DNA from: Sarea resinae
Taxonomy: Eukaryota
NCBI GenBank assembly: GCA_026026165.1
Contig: JAPEUD010000090.1
Span: 1-64,000, forward strand
Length of the DNA stretch: 64,000 nucleotides
Reading direction: 5' to 3'
The notes beneath the pieces were generated by a model. That model was given only the letters and a program-made list of their open reading frames with translations, had not been told where the DNA came from and made no database searches. Positions 22,839 to 35,900 of the stretch are shown one piece after another. Within the stretch, counting starts at the first letter, position 1. Each line of letters opens with the position of its first letter. The position numbers were made by a program, and so were the translations under genes.

Positions 22839-24073
22839 CTCAATGATCCTCAATTACCCGCCCAGCTCGGCGTTTTCATTCGGTAGGAGGATCTAGGGAC
22901 TTGATTAGCAGAGACGCTGCCATACTAAGAATGTTGATGTTAGGTTTGGAAGACTGCTACAACAGACCATAACCAATATACACAAGCCCTGATGACAGTC
23001 TTTCCTGTCTACCGCGCGTCGAGTCTTCTACTGTGACAGTTGGGAAGAGACAGAAATAGATGTACTGACAGCGAGGGGTTATTCGAGTATTACTATCCGC
23101 GATACGTCGACAGCCGAATAAGCAATGTCAGGTGCTGATGAGCGTAGCGTTATTGATTTACTGTACGCTCGTTCTTTGTGCTCAAATATAGTATTGAATT
23201 ACATATACGGAGAGAGAAGAGATACAGAAAGAAAGGACAGAGAAAGAACGAAAGAGATAAAGAAGGGCTAGCTGGTGGCAAGGCGTGGAAGGGATGTAAT
23301 CAGACCGGTTGATTGATTGATGTCTCCTCCCTCCTTCTGTTCGTCCCTCATCAAGTGTCTAGAGTTGGATCACAGATCCATAGATGCAAGTCATGTCATA
23401 CAACCCAGCCCGTCGCGCGTCGCAGTGAGACGAAGTCATCCATCATCAATCTACACAGAACACTCTACGACCCTTACAACACAGCACAACACAACACGGC
23501 TCCGTAATCCAGCCCACTAAAAATCAAAATCAGGACCAACAGTGCCATCGATCGGCCAGCCCAGCTAAGCAAGCAGATCTTTCAGCCGGGCCCCGTGCTG
23601 TCCTATTTCGCTCCAACTAAGCCAGCCCGGCCTACTTCGTCTAAGAGGGCTAGATAGGTTGAAGGTGACTGGGCGGGCCGATGGCAGGGTCTCGTAGAAG
23701 ATAAATGTAAGTAGAAGAGCGCTCTTTTGGTCCTTTCCAGTCTTGTTCTCGGTCTTGGTGCGGGTTTCGATTGCGAATGAATTCGAATTGAACCAGATCG
23801 AATCAACTTCAATTGATCCGACTGACTCGCTGGCTGGAGTTAAATTGCAAACAACGTGCTTCTCCTCCTTTGACATCTCTTTCCAGACCCGGGAAACCTA
23901 TCGCTCTAGCCGCCACGCCTTCCGTGCAATCAATCAAGCGTCCTCTTTCTTTACTCTATCCCCCTATTTTAACTCCTTTTCTCGACTAATTGCACACCAA
24001 CTCATTCCTCCAGACTTTCTATATATATAATTATCTCCCTCCTGCAATTGTTCGCGAGACCGAGATTGCAAAA

Positions 24074-26177
24074 ATGTCCTTTCCACCACCACCGGTCGAG
24101 CACCTGGGTAAGTCTACACTGAGTGCAGTCTCCTTCACAATCTATCTATAGCCCTGGATCTGCTTTCCTGCTATATATAGCCCTTATCAAGGCGCTCATT
24201 CGCTCCTCATTATTGCGTTTTATGCTGGATACGTCTAGTTGCTAACAAACATCAATACCACAGACTGGGAGAACCTGGGCATTGCAGCGCGGGAGGGTAT
24301 GTCTTTTACCTCTCCCTCCTCCACTCATTCCAAAGGGCTTTCTGTTTCACCGTTCTTCTTTCCCACCGCCTTCCCGTTCCTGCTGCTTTACCATATTACC
24401 AAGGCCCCTATTCCCCAGAGGAAAGAAATCCCGTCCTATAAGCCGCGATTACACCCGAATGAAGCTCACCCTTCCCTCTAAAGTCAAACCAGCACCACTC
24501 CAACTGACACGACCGTAAAAACAGTCAACGGCCACGTCCAGAGCACCTATAGCGCTGCCGAAGGGAAATGGACCGAGCCCGAGTTCGTGCGGGACCCGTA
24601 TCTGCGCGTGCATGGGTTTGCGCCGGGACTGAACTATGGTGAGTGAGTGAATATGTGTACGAGGTTCGAGTCCGAGCGTCAGTCGAATTCTGTTTATTGA
24701 CTAGATATGACCAATTTCTGTGTCAATTACTCTAGAAGACAACGATACTGCTATCATATCTTTTTGGTTTTCGTTTCACTACCTTTCTTCCTTCATTTGC
24801 GCGTATGCGTTTTGAGCTGGTTTTGGCCGTGGCTAAGATAGATCATGTCTGGACTTCCTAGCACATGTTTCATATAAGAGGAGATGGCGTCAAGGCCGAG
24901 GGAGAAAATGGAAAAGAGAAACAAAAGAGAGGAGGGCAGGCTCCTACCAGAAAAGCCCACACACGCAACATAGCTAACACACTCCTCCCTTTCACGCAGG
25001 TCAACAAGCATACGAAGGTCTTAAAGCCTACCGCACGCCGGCCAACGAAATCCAGATTTTCCGACCGCACTCGCACGCGCTCCGTCTGCAGGCCTCGTCT
25101 GCCTACGTGTCCATCCCCGCCGTGCCGACCGAGCTCTTCACGGCGGCCGTCTCGCTGGCCGTCGCGCTCAACGCCGCCTTTGTGCCGCCGAGCTCCAGCG
25201 CCGCGGGCCTGTATATCCGGCCCGTGGTCTTCGGCTCGGGCCCGCAGCCGGGGCTACAGCCATCCCCGACCTACACCTTTGCGGTACTAGTGGCCCCCTT
25301 CACGGCCTACCACGGTCGCAGCCCACTACCAGCCGTCGTCATGGACGACTTCGACCGCTGTGCGCCCCGCGGCACTGGCGCTGCTAAGGTCGGCGGCAAC
25401 TACGCCCCGCTTTTCCGCCATGCCGACGCGGCCCGCCGCCAGGGCTGGCCCGTGACGCTGCATCTGGACGCGGCGACCAGGAGCCAGGTCGAGGAGTTTG
25501 CGACCTCGGGCTTCGTCGGCGTGGGCAAGCGGCGAGATGACACCAAGGGCCAGGGTCAGGGCCAGGGCGACGGCGACCGCGGCGGCGACCGTGACAGTGA
25601 CAACGCCACCACCACCGCCAAAGAACTCATCACCCTCGTCGTCCCGTCCTCGCCCAACGTCCTCCCCAGCATAACATCATCCAGCATCCTCACGCTGGCG
25701 CGCTCATTCGGCTGGGCCGTCGAGCAGCGCGCCATCGCATTCGACGAGCTGGGCGACTTTGACGAGGTCCTGGCCGTCGGCACCGCGGCCGCCGTGCTGC
25801 CCATCCGGTCGATTACCCGGCCGTCGACGGGCCAGACGTTTGTTTTTGGTAGTAGAAGTGGTGGTGATGGCAAGACAGGTAGTGGTGAGATTGAAGGCGG
25901 CGGCAGCCCAGCAGGGCCCGGAGAGTGCTGCCAGCGCCTGCAGGAGGCACTGAGCGGTGTGCAGAAAGGCGAGCGCGCGGACGAGTGGGGCTGGTGTTTC
26001 ACGGTGCATGAGCCCGCGGGCTGGGTCGGCCATGGTGACGGTGTTGCCGTTCGTGCCGTTGGAGGCCGAGACGAGCAGCGAGAAAAGGAGGAGGACGAGG
26101 AGAAGAAGAAGGGATCGAGATCGAGTGTCGGGTTTCTGGGCTGGTTGGTCGGTTGGCTGTGGCCTGGTTGGTCGTGA
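24074..26177 (+). CDS. class IV PLP-dependent aminotransferase, branched-chain amino acid aminotransferase-like (AtnH/AtnJ, TOXF type); exons 24074-24107, 24264-24296, 24525-24638, 25000-26177
   Basis: MSFPPPP...DW.NLG, NGHV, PGLNYGQQAYEGLKAYR, IFRP, YIRP, PLP lysine in AKVGGNY, EEF.TSGF, LPSITS and GTAA. Confidence 0.93.
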
Positions 26178-27064
26178 TTGCTATCGTTGTCGTTGTCGTC
26201 ACTGTCGTCGTTATGACCTGACTCAGAGGGAAAATAAAAAAGAGGACGACAAGGAGGAGGAGAGGGAGGAGGAGGATGAAGAACGGAGGACATGTCCACC
26301 ACGCACATTTCCTGTCCATTTCGTAATGCCTGCCCCCTTCACCAGTTCCCTCCTCTCTTCTCCTCTCTTCTCCTATCGTTTCATATCGTAAAACCCATCA
26401 TAGTTACTCGTCTGTCTTTTCTATCCACTCAGTCTACTTAGTCTAGCTTCTTTCACTTTCCGACTTTGCTTTCCTTTCCTCTTCTCCTCTTTCTCCAGAA
26501 CCATCTTCCCACTTCTCTCTCGCACTCTCTCCGATCCTCCTCTCTACCGTAGAACGCCAGTCTAGCTGAATAAGAGAGGCGTATACACACACACACACCT
26601 GCAAGGGACGTCAACTCATATATCAATTAACAATGACGATCTCAAACCACTGACCAGAAGACAAGACTCCCTGATGTTGACGTTGAGTGATTACACACCA
26701 CCATGACATCACTATTCTCATCATAGAAACAAAAGAAGAAAACCAAGGAGAGGAAGCACGGGCTGGATTATTCTCAGTATTGTATTTTTATCGAGTAGTC
26801 TAATACTTCCCGTGAAGCCGACGGCGAGCCGACGCCGAAGCATCGTCAAGGAAAAGCCACAAAGCAGGAGCATCGGATGGCATGAGAAAAAAGTGACTCC
26901 AACGCCGGCAGAGGCAACGGCCAATGCCTCATTCAGTATCCCCCGGTCCAAGCACGAATCTGGTATACACCTTTTGGAAAGCAATCATGTCAAAAACGCC
27001 TGCACGCACGCACCCACGCGCACCCTCCGCAAGGCATAGGTTGCTTGCCACGCGCATACTCAAA

Positions 27065-28355
27065 TCAAGCATTGTACCCCGAATACCTCGGAACCTCCCC
27101 CGAATAGGTCGGAGCCTGCCCATACTCCGTATGCTGCTGCGCCAACGGAACGTGTACGTCGCCGGAGCCAGCTTGATTCTGCCAATCTCCTCCCCCACCA
27201 TGTCGTCTTCCGCTCTTCTTGGCCGCCTTGCGTGCCACCTTGTCGGCTTTCTTCTCCGCCTTTAATCTCTTCTTCTCCTTGCGACTGATCCGGGGGAATT
27301 CCGACTCGGGACCAACCAGAACCCGGCCGGGATGGGTGAAGTTCATCAGAAAGACGGCGAAGAGCATGGGCATTGCGTCGAGGCAGTACTCGTAGGCTTC
27401 ATGGTTGGGGACCGGATTGCTGGCCGACGTGCCCTGGGCGTATTCGCACATGCGGAAGATGATGCGGACCTGTGGCAGAGAATTAGCATAATCCCCCCAA
27501 AAAAGAGAACAAACGCACGGTGATCAGAGTCAAAGACCCATAGAGACCATAGAACAGCCAGCGCCACTGCATCGACCCACTATAGACCAACGTGCCCTGC
27601 CATTCCATCTTGAGCAACTTCCGATGCAGCGAGATGACGAGAAATGTGAAGATGACAATGAAGAACTGCTGCAGTCCGATGCCGCCCATGTAGATGTGAA
27701 TGCCATTCTCCAGAGTCGATTGCTTGACATTGTTTGAAGTGGTGATGCTAGCGCCGGCCGCCTGGACGATGAAAGACACAATGTCGAGCCAGACAAAGTA
27801 TTTGGAGAACTTGGTCGCATGGATGCCGAAGAGTTTGCGATCGGGAAGGAAAAAGTAGACGAGGCGGCCGAGGATCATGTAGTCGAAAGCATTGATCCCT
27901 GAGAAGTTAGGGATTAGCAGAAGCGCAGGGTCGTGCGGGGCGCGGACTCACAGAGCGGCGCCAGCAGCAGCAGAAGCTGTGAGACGGTATTGTAGGTCTG
28001 ATTGTTCTGATGGCGAGTCAAGAGGGCGCGCATGATAAAGGAGACCGTCTCCCAGGCGGCTCCCATGATGATGACCCAACAAAAGCGCTACCGAGGGTCA
28101 GTGACTATTTGGCTTTTCGATCGCCGTTCTCACCTTTCGAAAGGTCACCGCCTGCAGCATATGCAGACACATGCCGATTCCAAAGAAGAGGGCAAAGATG
28201 ACGGCGGCGGCCAGAGACGGGTGATATGTCAGAATGGAATTGCAGGCCTCGGGCGGAAGATAGCCATTCTTTCCCGGCGTCATCGACACGCAGGATGAGG
28301 TGGCCGCGCTCGTCGCCGTGCGAGTCGCACTGGTGGTGATGGTTGAGGGCGCCAT
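27065..28355 (-). CDS. RTA1-family 7-TM protein (AtnI-like); exons 28355-28134, 28087-27952, 27898-27519, 27469-27065
   Basis: Y.PS.AAA, LAPLWINAFDYMILGR, FVWLDIVSFIVQAAG, IYMGGIGLQQFFI, VRIIFRMCEY, HEAY.YCLDA.PM and HPGR.L.GP.S.FP. Canonical introns. Confidence 0.92.
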
Positions 28356-29960
28356 GTCAATGCGTTGAGGATCGGAGCCTCAGGGTAACGTTTGGGCGCC
28401 GGTAGTGTCTGGCAGCTCGGTAGTCAGATCGGGCGATTTCTAGGATGACATGGCAAAGGAAAGAAGATGGAGATCAAAGTGATGGGAAAGGAAAGAAGAT
28501 GAAGATGCAAAGTGTCTCTTCCGAGGAGAAGTGAAGTAATGAACGTCTCAAGAGGAGGATGAGCGAGTGAGTGATTGCGTGTCGCTGTGCCCGTGCTTGA
28601 TCGTGGGAGACGAAGTGCCAGTGGGAATGAAAGTGGAAGAGGAATAGAGGCAGTCGAGGTCAGTAGAGGCTGGTGGTTGGTGACGCGTCGCCTATCGAGG
28701 ACGACGAAAATGGTCTCGATCACCGGCATGGGATGGCATTCCCTCCTTTGATGCTGCAACGACAACGGCAACAACAATAATAATAGTAGGATGCGGCTGA
28801 GGCTTACGACGACGACGACTACGACGACATGTTCAGGACCTCTTGCCTGGAGAGGGTTGGTCAGTGAAGCAGTCACCACCAGTCACCCAAGGAATGGACG
28901 CTGGCAGGCACCGCAGGCGCCGCAGGCACCACTGCAAACCGCCTCAATGCCAGACAAGGCACGCCAGGGAGGCTGCGTCGCCAACCCCTTTGCTGCCCTC
29001 GGTGTCATCGAGCGGGTACTCTGTGCGCCGTCAGTCGTCAGTGACTCGTTGACGGTCTGTACAGAGTGTCCATGAGAAGGATCGATGGATGCAGGCTGCT
29101 GACCAGCCCCCCTGAGACCATACGGCATTCGTCATAGCTGCCCATGGGGATGACCATCTACCTTAGATCCAGATGATCCAGATGCCGCTTTACTCCGTAC
29201 CAACAAGCGCGAGTGACCGCTCTCGCTACCCCACTGCGCCGTACCTGCCCCACCACCGCTTCGGCAAAGAGATACCTCGTTCCTGGTAGAGAGTGACTTC
29301 CCAAGACCCAACGATCGACGGCACCACCAACACCAAGCGTCGTCACCCCCGTCTCGTATCACTGTCACTGTCAACCAACGGCTGCGCTACCTCTAGCGGG
29401 AGTACCCAACGACCTGCCTTCCCATAGTACCACTGTAGGGCTACCCAACATGGAACGACTTTGCCCATGGATTGTATTACGATGATCATCGAGACAACCA
29501 ACCTCTAGGGCTGCCGCTGGGTGTTCGTACTTACCTTACGCATAAGGTTCAAGGTTCCTTGACTGCTGACGCTCCCTCCCTCTGAGGGGTTCAATGGATC
29601 CATGATGACACACCCACGGGCCAACATTGTTCCTTGCTGACCGTCATGCCCGTGGTCCCTCGGACTTTGCACATACCGACCTGTCGGGCGGATACGGTGG
29701 CTGGCTTCCTGGCTTCCGGCTGACGACGACACTGCACACTCTCTCCGGCGTGTTGACCCTACCGTTCATATCGGCGAGAAGGATGCAGCTCATCTTGAAT
29801 GATTCTTTCGGACAGGAAATTCAAAGCTTCATTCCCAACTAGATTGCTCATTTCCTACTAGATGGAGAATGCCTCTCAAATACGCTTATTCCAATGTAAA
29901 TGCAATGATGTCGTAACGAGGTAAACAACCCCATACGCCAACGAAACTAGAACAGATCAA

Positions 29961-32900
29961 TCAAGCTCTCGCGCGAGTGACGCCCGATCTCCCAAACACC
30001 GTGTCATTATTCCCACGCGCACTTCCACCGTCCTTCGAGCCCATGTATCCCACGCTCTCGAGATACTCGATACTCTTGCGAACACTCCTCCGGATCCCCT
30101 CTCTATTCACCCTCGCAACCTGCGACTCCGGAATCTCCCCCCCGAGTCTTCCCCCACTCGCCTCCAGGAAATGCAGCACAGGCCACATCCGATGCTTGTC
30201 CCCCTTCTCCTCCACATCCGCCCTGATGGCCTCGAGCCACATCTCTCGCTTCAGGGGGCGGAGATCGTAGTGGAATTCTTTCTGTAGCATCTCCCACAGC
30301 TCCGAGACAGGCATGCCGTCCATGAGGTTCGTCTCAACCGGCGGCCTCTCGGCATTCAGAGACACCTCGACAATCACACGCGCCACTTGATCCGCGCCGG
30401 CCACCATGATCCAGCAATTCTCGTCGTCGGCGCTATACGCGCCGATGTCAATGGCGCTTGACACAACGCGCCAGAGGAAATCGTCCGTGTTCGAGATACC
30501 CTCGGCGGCTGTGCCGACCACGAGGCCGGGTTTGACGATAGATATATGACTGCCAGGATGCCTCCCCGCGTAGTCTTTGATGAGCATCTCGGAAAGGAAC
30601 TTCGTTTGTGCGTAGCCGTTCGAGTTCGTTAGCTGAATTGCGGTTTCCTTGTCATTGACCGAATCCATGCGTACTTCACCGCCGGAGATATAAGTGAGCC
30701 GGGGTGCCGATACCGAGGCGCAAGAGAGCGAGGTAAGAAGCTCAAACGTGCCAAGGACGTTCGCCGCCTTGAGAGTCGTATAGTCTGCTCCCCAGTGCAC
30801 AACAGCACCGTTGTGGATGATCGCATCGATGCGGCTTTCGGGCCCGCCAGACCCGCTTAGACGACTCCATTCTGCCTCTCCTAAGCCTAGTCTCGACTCG
30901 GCAAGATCTCCAACCCAGACTTCGAGTCGTTGCGAAAATTCAGACTGCCACCACCGGCCCATTTGAGCAGATGATATGATCCTCTCGTATGCTTGATCTC
31001 TGTTTTGAGCTCTGACGAGAGCAATCACATATTCGACCCCCGGTCGAGTAAAGAGCTCCCGTAGAATTTGGGATCCTAAGAACCCGGTTCCTCCTGTGAC
31101 AAAGATAGTGTGTGGTTGAGCCTTGGAGAATGAGACGCCATTTGGATGAGATGCTCCATTAGTCTTGTGAGACTCTTTGCGAATAAGCTTTTCCTTGAGA
31201 ATGTCGAGTTCGCCAAGTAGGTCAACGCTTGATGGGCTTGCTTGATTGTGGTGGTCTGAACTCTCCAAATATTGGGCAATATCTCGCACCGTAGTGCTAC
31301 TATCCATGAATCGCTCAATCGGAACCGTGATACCAAAATTCTTCTTGATGAAGCCCGAAAGAGAGATGACGTTGATTGAATTGAGACCGGCTCGAGTGAG
31401 GACAACGTTTTTGCCGCATAAAGCCTCCACGTGCTCCTTGTCCTTTCCGCCGAGCAGCTCTGCGAGTTTCTCACTGAGTCGGTAGGCAGTAGTATCCGCG
31501 GGCTCAATCACAGAAATTGAGCCATTCTCAACATCTTCATCGTCCAGAGCAGCTCGTCGATATGTCTTCTCATCCATTGTCTCGAGCCAAGCTTTGAGTT
31601 TTGTTCTGTTGATCTTGCCGGAGGCGAGCAAAGGTATTTCTTCCAGGACAATCCATACGGTGGGAACCATGTACGGCGGTAGATGCTCCGCCAAATGGGT
31701 TCTGACGTGGGTGAGTTTCTCAATTGCGATGTCTCTTACCGCTTCGGCGATAGGTTGAAGATCGTCGTTGGCAGCCTCCGAGCGTCCAAGCCCCTCCAAA
31801 GTGAGAACAGCTACGAGCCGGTTTCCAATCCATCCCTTTGAGGGTAGAGCCACAATCCTGTGTCCGACAAATTTTATGAGGGAGATATGATGTTCAATTT
31901 CGCCCAACTCAAGACGCTGCCCTCGAAGCTTGACTTGCATATCTTTGCGTCCGATAAAGTGGATGGTGCCGTCAGGATTATAGCGGACAAGATCTCCTGT
32001 CTTGTAGAAACGCTTCGGCTCTTTGTAGTCGGAACGATCCCAGAAGCTTCGTAACCAGGAAGGCTCTTCGAAGAAGACAGCAGCGGTCTTTTCAGGCTCA
32101 TATAGATATCCACGTGCGACGATTGGACCCTCGATGAGCAATTCTCCAATAGCACCAATGGGCACCAAGCGATTATGATCATTTGCATCAACAACCCAAC
32201 ACGTGCCACCGACCGCTCGCCCGATGTTTGCAGGGTCCGTGGTGGGTGTGACTTGTGTATTTCCTGCAGCTGCGATTGAGCACTCACTCGGTCCATACCC
32301 GTTGACCAGTTGCAGTTCTCCTGCCCACGTCTCTACATCAGACTTCTGCAAAGCTTCTCCACCTAGAGTCAACGTCTTCAGATGAGGGACTTCCTCTGGC
32401 CGAATAGTCTTGACCATCGACGGGGTTGAGAAGGTCCAGGTAATGCGCATATCGTTAATAATGCCCGCGAGGCCTTGGCTCTTGTCCTCCTCACTCGGCA
32501 CGCAAACGCATGCGCCCGACATGAGGGCAGTCAGGATCTCAAGAATACTTACGTCAAAGTTGTAAGGTGCCACTTGTAGAACGCGGCTTGTAGGTCCAAT
32601 GTTGGTGAGACGAGCGTGGTGCAAAGCTCCGCTAAGGAATGAGGAGTGCTCCACAACGCATCCCTTGGGCTTTCCAGTACTTCCAGATGTGAAGACAACG
32701 TACAATACGTTGCGGGGTGTGACATCCGTTACTGGCACCTTTTCGTGCGATGGGAGATGGTTGAGGTACTCCCGGTCGATTGGAAGAGTTGTCGTTTCGG
32801 CCGGCCACAAAGCTTGCTGCTGGACTGAGGTGATGACTAACTTCGCCTTGACTTGACTGGTAATCTCGAGGAGACGTGCCTGAGGATGAGAGGGGTCGAG

Positions 32901-35900
32901 GAAAACAAATGCGCCTCCAGTCTTGATGACGCCAAGCTCGGCTACAATCGCCCATGCCGACTTTTCGAAGCAAAGAGGAACAATCACTTCTGGACCGATG
33001 CCTAGGCTGACAAGATGATGCGAAAGTCGTGTTGAGAGGTCATCAAGCTCACTGTAAGTAAGTAGTCCATCCCAGGCATTTATGGCTAGAGCATCTGGCC
33101 TTGAAGCCGTCTGCTGGTGTATGACATCATGAGCACAGCCAGTGTATCGCTCCGAAGGATTCTTATTCCATTCTCGAAGCTGCTGTTTGTCAAAAGCTCC
33201 GAATAGATCTAAGCTGGCAATTTTCTGCTCGGCAGACTCTTTGCCCAGCAACTGGAGAACATGCTCAAACAGACCCAGGATATTGCGCATCTGGCCCTCA
33301 ACGAGAATTTTCGGATCATAACCAACTTGGATGTCGACACTGTTGTCATTCGTGGTGCACTCGATTACTAAACCAAATGCGGAGAAGTCTATTTCTGACA
33401 CTGGTAGTCGCTGAAGGCCCAATGGTTCATCTTTCTTTTGATCCCTCGGCTCCCTCGGCTGAATGACTAGTAGATTCTTGAAATTGCAAGCATCCCGGCA
33501 CTCACGGTTAAGGCTCTTGATATGTTGCAGACCAGCGTGTTCAAATTGTATAGACTGAACGGCCTCATCTTGAACTTGGCGAAGATATTCTGCGATGGCC
33601 TGGTTCCCATCTAGAGCTACCCTCACAGGGACAGTAGTTATAGTCGGTCCAACCATTTCAGTAATTCCAGGCACGGGGGCGTTGCGCCCAGTCTGTGTCA
33701 TTCCGAAGCTTATATCCGTAGTGTTCGTATACTGGGAAACGACTATAGCCCAGGCAGCTCGGATCATGGTAGGCGTAGTGACATCGCTATTGGGACTGCG
33801 GTCCAGAGAGATTGTATGGCTCATCATCGTACTTGGATGAGGTTGGTATCCTTGGGAAGGCATCGCGGGAAAGTCAAGTGCTGAGTGCCCAGAAAAGCAG
33901 GTGCGCCAGTAGGAATTCATGGCTTTCTGGTCTGTTCCCTGGATATATTTGATGAAGCGGTTGAATGGAGGCGAATTCTGTACATCAAGCCCATAGTAGA
34001 GTTTCTGTAGTCGTTCAAGCATCAATGAAATGGAAAAACCATCGTAAAGGGCGTGGTGCCCACTCCAAACAAAATACCGATCTTCAGCACGATATCCAAG
34101 AATAGCATAACGGGCAAGGGGCCCACCATATTGTACAGTGATATTTTTGTCTTTCGCAAGGTAATTTTCTAGATTTCCCTCAAAGGTCCAGTTGATGCTG
34201 CTTTGGTTCGGGCGGAGAACAAGCTGACAAGAACCGTGATCATCGTTATGAATGACCCTAGTGCGCAGAATATCCGTCGTTTCCACAAGGGATTCCCAAG
34301 CTCGACAGAAGCGCTCCAGATCGAGAGCAAGAGGCATCTTAAAGGCGGCCTGCAAGAAGTAATGTGCTTGATCTCTCATAGTCAAAGCCATGAGTCCCTC
34401 CTGTAATGGCGTGCAAGGATAGATATCCTGAATCTGATCTGCCTTTATGTTTACCTGAATGGCGGTCTTCAAAATGCTCTCCTTGGCTGAAGGGTCCTCC
34501 AGAAGAGTGAACGGTTCTGGTACCGCTTCATAGTCGGGTTCAATTGCGGTCGGTGCTAGATCCAAAGCCATTTCAGATAACTTGGGATGTTGAAAAATAT
34601 TGGCGATAGTGAGAAGAAATCCATCCTTCCGGGAAAGGGACACCAATCTCATAGCAGAGATAGAATCGCCACCCAATCTGAAGAAGCTATCGTCTGCACC
34701 AATGGAAGAAGCATTAAGCTTAAGGACATCAGCCCAATGGAATTGAAGTGTCTTTTCTACGGCCGTGGTTGGTGCTCGCTTGGTTTGGCTGAGGAGAGAG
34801 TAGACGGCGAGCTGCTCCGTGGTCATCTCACCTGCCGATAGACGTAATTGCTTGCGGTCCGTTTTCATCGATGTCGTCTTCGGAACCCTGCGCAGTGGAA
34901 TATATAGTGACGGGATCATGTAAATCGGTAGTGAAGACGCGAGTGAGTCTTCAAGAAGAGCAGTCTCAGATCGGAATGACTCCGAAAGCTCGTCAAATAG
35001 CTCTGCTGAGCCAGCATTATGCTCCTCAAAGGGGTCCGAAGTGTCGCCGCCGAGGTAAAGGAAAGTTGCAAGCAACGCTCTACTCTTTTGACCGGCTGGT
35101 GTAATCATCTCCACAACAACCTGCGTGTTATCAGAAACCCTGGTTTTGATCTGATGTTCGATTTCTCCCATCTCGACTCGTTGACCACGTAATTTGACCT
35201 GTGTATCCTTGCGCCCTACAAAATCAAGGCTTCCATCAGGACAATACCGCACTAGATCCCCAGTCTTGTAAAATCGGTTCGCCAAAGCAGAATCAAAGTG
35301 ACGCAGCCAAGCAGGACTTTCGATATACGCATCTCTGGTTTTCAACTCGTCTTTCAGATAGCCCCTAGCAAGGATGGGCCCTTGGACCACCAATTCTCCC
35401 ACACATCCGACAGGAACAAGACGATGGTGGTTGTGGGCTTCTGTGATCCAAAGTACAGCTTTGTTCCCGCATCCTATATTTGCTGGTGAGTGCGTAGGTA
35501 GCAGTCTATTATTGCTTGTCCAGATACTGCACTCCGCCGGGCCGTAACTGTTGATCATGCGGACTTTGCCTGCCCATTCTGATAGAAGCTCGCGAGTGAT
35601 GGCCTCTCCACCCAAGGTCAAAGCCTTCAAGGTTGGGACCTCTCTTGGGTGGAGCAGCGCTGCCACTGAGGGTGTCAAAAAGGTCCAGTTGACGCCCATG
35701 CTATTAATAGCTCCAGTGATATCGTTCAGTCGTTGTTCTTCAGATGGAACGCACAGACAGCCTCCGTGCATTAGTGTAATATATGTCTCGGCAATGCTAA
35801 CGTCAAATGTGTACGTAGCATATTGTAGGACGCGAGAATTCCTATCAATACCTACCACGGGAGCATTCTCAATTGCCATAGTGCAGACACCTTTATGTTC

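Noticed and set aside
24051..24070. TOXE tox-box-like site (GTCTCGCGAA on the minus strand) before the aminotransferase
   Set aside because: Single imperfect match; not found consistently in other promoters by eye.
25556..26391. Antisense and alternate-frame ORFs over the aminotransferase
   Set aside because: Shadow ORFs of GC-rich coding sequence.
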